NCBI GenBank assembly: GCA_964585405.1
Contig: CAZPDU010000240.1
Coordinates: 1 to 62,576 of the forward strand
From: an uncultured Thermodesulfobacteriaceae bacterium
Lineage (GTDB): Bacteria > Desulfobacterota > Dissulfuribacteria > Dissulfuribacterales > UBA3076
Direction of reading: 5' to 3'
Length of the DNA stretch: 62,576 nt
Below are positions 58,233 to 62,576 of the stretch, piece by piece. A model generated the notes under the pieces. The model was not told the DNA's origin and searched no databases. It saw nothing but the letters and a program-made list of their open reading frames with translations. How positions within the stretch are numbered: position 1 is the stretch's first letter; each line of letters opens with the position of its first letter. A program made the position numbers and the translations under genes.

Positions 58233-59549
58233 CTAGAACATAATGTGACACACGACGAGGGACATTAGAATTCCGGTAATATCTGCAAGTAAGGCAGCCG
58301 CGACTGCATATCGGGTCCGAACTACGCCAACCGCACCGAAATATACTGCCAGTACATAGAAAGTGGTTTCTGTGGAACCCTGCATTGTGGAGACCAGAAA
58401 GGATGAAAAGCTGTCAGGGGCATGGTTTACCATCTCACTCATGATCCCAAACGCCCCGGAGCCTGAAAGGGGTCTCATAAAGGCCATGGGAAGGGCATCC
58501 GCCGGCATTCCAATTAATGAAGTGAGCGGCTGGAATGCCGATACCATAAGGTCAAAAGCGCCTGAAGCCCGAAACATGCCGATGGCAACCAGGATCATTA
58601 CAAGAAAAGGTATAATCTTTACCGCAACCTGGAATCCTTCCTTTGCGCCTTCTGTCGCCGCCTCATATACCTTGACGCCTCTGAGATAACCAAACAGAAG
58701 GAGACTGCACATAATTAAAGGGACTAACCAGTAGGAAAGGATCTCTGTACCCAGATCCTGCCAGGGAGTGTCGTTGATCAGACGGAATACGGCTCCACCG
58801 GCAAAGGCAAGCAAGATCAGTATAACCGCCCACTTACCGACCCATCCAGGTCTATGGAGTTCTTCGCGGGTTTGTTTCTCTTCACTGTTGAGCGTTTCAA
58901 AGTCCTGTTCCACATCATTATTATAATTGGTTGTTATTTTTGAGGGTATTTTATGGTGGGAGAGACAAACAAAGGCCTTTGAGGCTATGACGGCGATGGT
59001 GGTAGAGCATATTGTTGCAATAAGTGAAGGGATAAGAATGGAAGCAGGTTCTGCAGCACCTGCCGCTGCCCGAACACCGATTACGCCCAGCGGCAGAATG
59101 GTAACACTTGATGTATTGATAGCCAGAAAGAGACACATAGCATCAGTGGCCTCGCCCTTGTTGGGGTTCAGCCGGTCCAGTTCCATCATCGCCTTAATTC
59201 CCATTGGTGTGGCGGCATTACCAAGTCCCAGAGCATTGGCAGCCATATTCATAATCATGGCTGACATGGCCGGATGCTCTGCAGGCACATCAGGAAAAAG
59301 GCGGCACATGACCGGACGAATGGCTCGGGCAATAAGACGCATAAGGCCACCGGCCTCAGCTACTTTCATAAGACCAAGCCAGAGGGCCATAATTCCGATC
59401 AGGCCGATTGCCAGATTGACTGAACTCTTTGCGGATTCAAATGAGGCATCAACCAATTGCTTCATTCTGCCGTTGTAAGTGGCCACCACAGTAGCCAAAA
59501 GTATCATAAAAAGCCAAATGAGATTGATTGCTGCCGGACGCTTTTCCAT
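58233..59549 (-). CDS. nucleoside-recognition domain membrane protein (fused SpmA/SpmB-like)
   Basis: Polytopic protein with two gate-domain-like halves. Start taken at the Met that avoids overlap with lpxB; the track ORF extends to 59585. Confidence 0.7.
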   Translation of the reverse strand: MEKRPAAINLIWLFMILLATVVATYNGRMKQLVDASFESAKSSVNLAIGLIGIMALWLGLMKVAEAGGLMRLIARAIRPVMCRLFPDVPAEHPAMSAMIMNMAANALGLGNAATPMGIKAMMELDRLNPNKGEATDAMCLFLAINTSSVTILPLGVIGVRAAAGAAEPASILIPSLIATICSTTIAVIASKAFVCLSHHKIPSKITTNYNNDVEQDFETLNSEEKQTREELHRPGWVGKWAVILILLAFAGGAVFRLINDTPWQDLGTEILSYWLVPLIMCSLLLFGYLRGVKVYEAATEGAKEGFQVAVKIIPFLVMILVAIGMFRASGAFDLMVSAFQPLTSLIGMPADALPMAFMRPLSGSGAFGIMSEMVNHAPDSFSSFLVSTMQGSTETTFYVLAVYFGAVGVVRTRYAVAAALLADITGILMSLVVCHIMF

Positions 59550-59559
59550 TGGCCCGATA

Positions 59560-60759
59560 TCAGGCTGTCCTCGTACCGTCAACAAGTTCTATGGCCAGGT
59601 CCGCCGCCCTCGCAGCCGCTCCTGATGTGCCCAGGGCGTTTTTCACCTTTTTCAGTTCCGCCTTCATATTCTGTCTTCCAGTGTCATTTTTCAGTAAAGA
59701 AAGCACCTCATGAGAGAGCCGTTCAGGAGTGACCTCTCGCTGGATTATCTCGGGCACCAAACTGCGCCCTGCTACCAGATTCACCAGGGATGCAAAAGGC
59801 ACCTTTACAAGTCTTCTTCCCAGAAAATATGTAATTGGCGAAACCTTATAGGTGACTATCATGGGAGTCTCCAGAATGGCTGCCTCCAGCGTAACCGTAC
59901 CAGAGGCGGCAAGTATCAGGTCAGAAGCGGCTATGGCCTCATAGGTCTGTCCCTTTACCACTCGAATAATAGGGAAGTTGGATGATTTGTCTGTAGGTGA
60001 TTGTCTGCCAGCGTCTGTGACAGAAGATATTTTGATTGAGCAATGAAATGATTTCAGGATCTGGGAATCAAGAGAGGGGGCAAGGGGCAGCACAAACTGT
60101 ACATCCGGTCTATCCTGAATGATTCCTTTTGCGGCCTCTGCCATTACCGGGAACAATCTGGAGATCTCGCCCTTTCGGCTCCCGGGGACGAGCCCCACTA
60201 TCGGCCTTTCCGTATTTATCCCTGTCCTTTCGCAAAATTCGGCCCTTGAAAACTCGGACCTGACTACATCAAGAAGAGGATGACCTACAAAGGTCACTTC
60301 CATGCCGTGAGATCTGAAAAAGGCTTCCTCAAAAGGCAGAATAACGGCCATTCGATTTACCAGACGGCGAAGCTTTTTCACCCTGCCCTGACGCCAGGCC
60401 CATACCTGGGGGCTTATATAGTAAAATATGGGAATTCCCAGTTTCTTTGCCCTTGCGGCCACCTGTAAGTTGAATTCTGGATAATCTATTAGAACGAGTA
60501 AGTCAGGTCTCTCTTTGCGGAGCCAGGCCGTGGTGCGGCAAAAGGCCTTTAATATCGGCCTGACATGACCGATAATCTCCGCCACGCCCACCACGGCAAG
60601 ATCAGAGCTGGGCAACAGTAACTCCAGCCCTGCCTCCTCCATTTTGGGACCGCCGATCCCAGTAAATCTTGTCTGGGGCAGCTTGGACTTAAGGGCATGG
60701 ATGAGACATGAACCATGGAGGTCGCCGGAGGCCTCTCCAGCTATGACAAATACCCGCAC
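59560..60759 (-). CDS. lpxB: lipid-A-disaccharide synthase
   Basis: 399 aa with N-terminus MRVFVIAGEASGDLHG and a GT-B fold body. Confidence 0.9.
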   Translation of the reverse strand: MRVFVIAGEASGDLHGSCLIHALKSKLPQTRFTGIGGPKMEEAGLELLLPSSDLAVVGVAEIIGHVRPILKAFCRTTAWLRKERPDLLVLIDYPEFNLQVAARAKKLGIPIFYYISPQVWAWRQGRVKKLRRLVNRMAVILPFEEAFFRSHGMEVTFVGHPLLDVVRSEFSRAEFCERTGINTERPIVGLVPGSRKGEISRLFPVMAEAAKGIIQDRPDVQFVLPLAPSLDSQILKSFHCSIKISSVTDAGRQSPTDKSSNFPIIRVVKGQTYEAIAASDLILAASGTVTLEAAILETPMIVTYKVSPITYFLGRRLVKVPFASLVNLVAGRSLVPEIIQREVTPERLSHEVLSLLKNDTGRQNMKAELKKVKNALGTSGAAARAADLAIELVDGTRTA

Positions 60760-60771
60760 CCACTGATTCCT

Positions 60772-61740
60772 TTATTGCTGATTACTGATAATACTGTCAA
60801 AGTCCAGTGCATCGAGCCCTTTAATAATCCGGGCATTTATATCCAGGGCGAGCTTTAGTGCCCTCCTGGCCGATTCCCCGGTGACTTTTGGTTTCTCAAG
60901 GCCCTTCACTGACCGTATGAATGACTCAAGTTCGTCATAGAGTATGTCTGTTCCCTCATGAGTCTTGAATTCGGGTCTTATGGCGGACATTGGATCTGCA
61001 CTTAAATCTCTTGTCACCACCAGACTCTTGCGCTCTGCACAATCCGCAGAGATATAGGCCCCTGGCTGAAATACCCTTATTCTGCGCATATCCCTTAGAG
61101 AGATCCGGCTAGCCGTAATATTTGCAGTGCATCCATTCTCGAAAATAAGCCTTGTGTTTGCAATATCCACTTTTGAGGTTAGTACCGGTACACCCACTGC
61201 CCTTATTTCTTTGAGGGGTATATCCACCATGGCCAGTATTATTTCGAGATCGTGAATCATCAGATCCAGGACTACATCCACGTCAGTGGCCCTGTCTTTA
61301 AAGCCGCTCAGTCTGTGGGCCTCTATAAAGAGAGGGTGTTTTACCTTTGCTTCCAGCACCTTTATGGCCGGATTAAATCTCTCCAGGTGCCCTACCTGGA
61401 GTACAAGACCCTTCTTTTTTGCCAAGCTGATGAGTTCATCCGCTTCCTCCACGGTGGTGGATATGGGTTTCTCAAGCATGCAGTGTATTCCATCAGACAA
61501 AAGTATATTGGCAACTTCATGATGGTTGACAGTGGGGACAACCACTGATGCCGCATCGATCTTTCCCAAGATATCGCGAATATCAACGTATGCTTTAGTA
61601 CCCACCTCTCTGGCCACGTCCTGTGCACGCTCAGGCGATATATCTACTACTCCGACGAGCTCTACCCCCGGCATCTGCGCGTATTTCTGGGCATGAAACC
61701 TTCCCAGATACCCCACTCCTATGACTGCTGTCCTAATCAA
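60772..61740 (-). CDS. Gfo/Idh/MocA family oxidoreductase (GnnA-like position in the lpx cluster)
   Basis: 322 aa. N-terminal Rossmann motif AVIGVGYLGRFHA and an EKP motif (MLEKPIS). It overlaps the lpxI stop by 4 nt. Confidence 0.8.
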   Translation of the reverse strand: MIRTAVIGVGYLGRFHAQKYAQMPGVELVGVVDISPERAQDVAREVGTKAYVDIRDILGKIDAASVVVPTVNHHEVANILLSDGIHCMLEKPISTTVEEADELISLAKKKGLVLQVGHLERFNPAIKVLEAKVKHPLFIEAHRLSGFKDRATDVDVVLDLMIHDLEIILAMVDIPLKEIRAVGVPVLTSKVDIANTRLIFENGCTANITASRISLRDMRRIRVFQPGAYISADCAERKSLVVTRDLSADPMSAIRPEFKTHEGTDILYDELESFIRSVKGLEKPKVTGESARRALKLALDINARIIKGLDALDFDSIISNQQ

Positions 61741-62576
61741 TGTGTTTCTCCGTTATTATTGCCAGACAAAAAGGCAAAGTCTCCGTCGATGCCGACTATG
61801 GCTATTGACGACCTGTCAGCCAGATTAATGGTGGAATCCTTGTCAAAAAACAAGGTGCGATCCGCTTCTACAGCCAGTACCGAAGCCTTAACCTGGATCA
61901 TTTGTTCAATAGTTTCAGCTCCTACTGAAGGCAAATCAAATCTGGTATCCTGCGTGGGTTTACAGACCTTTATCACCACTGCCCCCGCTCCGCCCAGTCG
62001 ACCGCCACGTTGAATGGTCTGATCTGTTCCTTCTATTGCCTCTACCGCCAGTACGGTGCGATCTTTGACTACCAGGCACTGCCCTACGTCAAGGCGGCCT
62101 ATCTCCCTTGCGAGTTCCCACCCGAAGTGAATGTCCTTCCACTGGCTTTTTGAGGGCTTACAGTCCGTCAATACTCCGGATGATACGAGTAGTTCCTTCA
62201 AGAGAAAGGTGGAAGGAAGTACGCGAATGCCTTCTTGCTCGAGCTCTGAAGCAATGGACCTCAATATTCTGTCATCCAGCCGCGTGCCCAGGCGTCGCCA
62301 TAGATTTAACGCCCTGAGATCCGGCCTGACATCCTTGAATATCCTGGTCTTTGTTATGGAACCTGCAAATATCGCCTCTGACGCACCCGCCTTTTTTAGC
62401 GTCTTTATAAGCTTTCCCAGCTGCCCCAGGTAGATCCATTCAATCTGATCTACTTCTCCTGAAAGCAGCGGGTCTGTCTCTCCCTTATGAGCTACTGCCA
62501 CTATTCCGTGGCCCTGTTTTCTGGCAGCCCTGGCGCATAATAGAGGAAATTGTCCTCCGCCCGCCACCAGTCCTAA
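61737..62576 (-). CDS. lpxI: UDP-2,3-diacylglucosamine diphosphatase LpxI (DUF1009); N-terminus outside window
   Basis: The frame is open to the window edge (LGLVAGGGQFPLL...), a typical LpxI N-terminal region. It lies directly upstream of the oxidoreductase gene and lpxB. Confidence 0.75.
   Translation of the reverse strand, partial: LGLVAGGGQFPLLCARAARKQGHGIVAVAHKGETDPLLSGEVDQIEWIYLGQLGKLIKTLKKAGASEAIFAGSITKTRIFKDVRPDLRALNLWRRLGTRLDDRILRSIASELEQEGIRVLPSTFLLKELLVSSGVLTDCKPSKSQWKDIHFGWELAREIGRLDVGQCLVVKDRTVLAVEAIEGTDQTIQRGGRLGGAGAVVIKVCKPTQDTRFDLPSVGAETIEQMIQVKASVLAVEADRTLFFDKDSTINLADRSSIAIVGIDGDFAFLSGNNNGETH

Overview
This 62.6-kb window looks like a chromosomal segment of a Gram-negative anaerobe. 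A Desulfobacterota-type sulfate or sulfite reducer is my inference, based on a DsrC with both C-terminal cysteines, two sigma54 enhancer-binding response regulators, an ADP-forming acetyl-CoA synthetase and the archaeal-type dehydroquinate route.

Most of the window is housekeeping:
- Biosynthesis and translation: aroE-aroK, an EF-G paralogue, the archaeal-type AroA'/AroB' pair, pgi, 5-formyl-THF cyclo-ligase and an RluB-like pseudouridine synthase.
- Lipid A: waaA-lpxK at 22.8-25.2 kb and lpxI-oxidoreductase-lpxB at 59.6-62.6 kb.
- Pilus-related and signalling: PilZ, prepilin peptidase, and a GspG-like pseudopilin followed by an HD-GYP protein.
- Transport: a nikKMLQO-type ECF Ni/Co transporter.
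- DNA repair and folding: PolX, RecN and PpiD.

An accessory stretch starts at tRNA-Lys(CUU) (30794-30869).
- A 15-bp copy of the tRNA 3' end, plus a diverged copy of its terminator hairpin, recurs 2.56 kb downstream. The bounded segment is AT-rich and has no integrase. It carries a methyltransferase and an IS91-family transposase remnant.
- Further downstream are a decaying dinJ-yafQ-like toxin-antitoxin pair, a secreted serpin with an N-terminal extension, acdAB, and a run of secreted or lipoprotein genes. These are a glycine-zipper lipoprotein, a Tyr/Gly/Pro/Arg/His-rich protein, a MORN-repeat protein and an OmpA-family protein.

Observations the ORF track does not explain:
1. A consensus sigma54 promoter abuts the stop codon of a sigma54 activator gene. 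It is followed by a CU-rich (anti-SD-like) stretch and a strong intrinsic terminator, which makes a candidate sRNA of about 100 nt.
2. A second sigma54-like promoter with two tandem 13-bp palindromes lies upstream of the next gene.
3. A YcaO-TPR gene has no TfuA in the window. It sits between a DUF2934-like protein gene and dsrC, downstream of an EF-G paralogue.
4. A translationally coupled Zn-ribbon protein and RimK-like ATP-grasp pair.
5. Three copies of a promoter-like module lie upstream of secreted-protein genes.
6. An octanucleotide x4 tandem repeat sits just inside the 5' end of a PP-loop ATPase gene.
7. An 18-codon upstream ORF with a strong SD is coupled to acdA.

No CRISPR array, rRNA or intact mobile element was seen. 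All family assignments come from reading the translations by eye; no database search was run.
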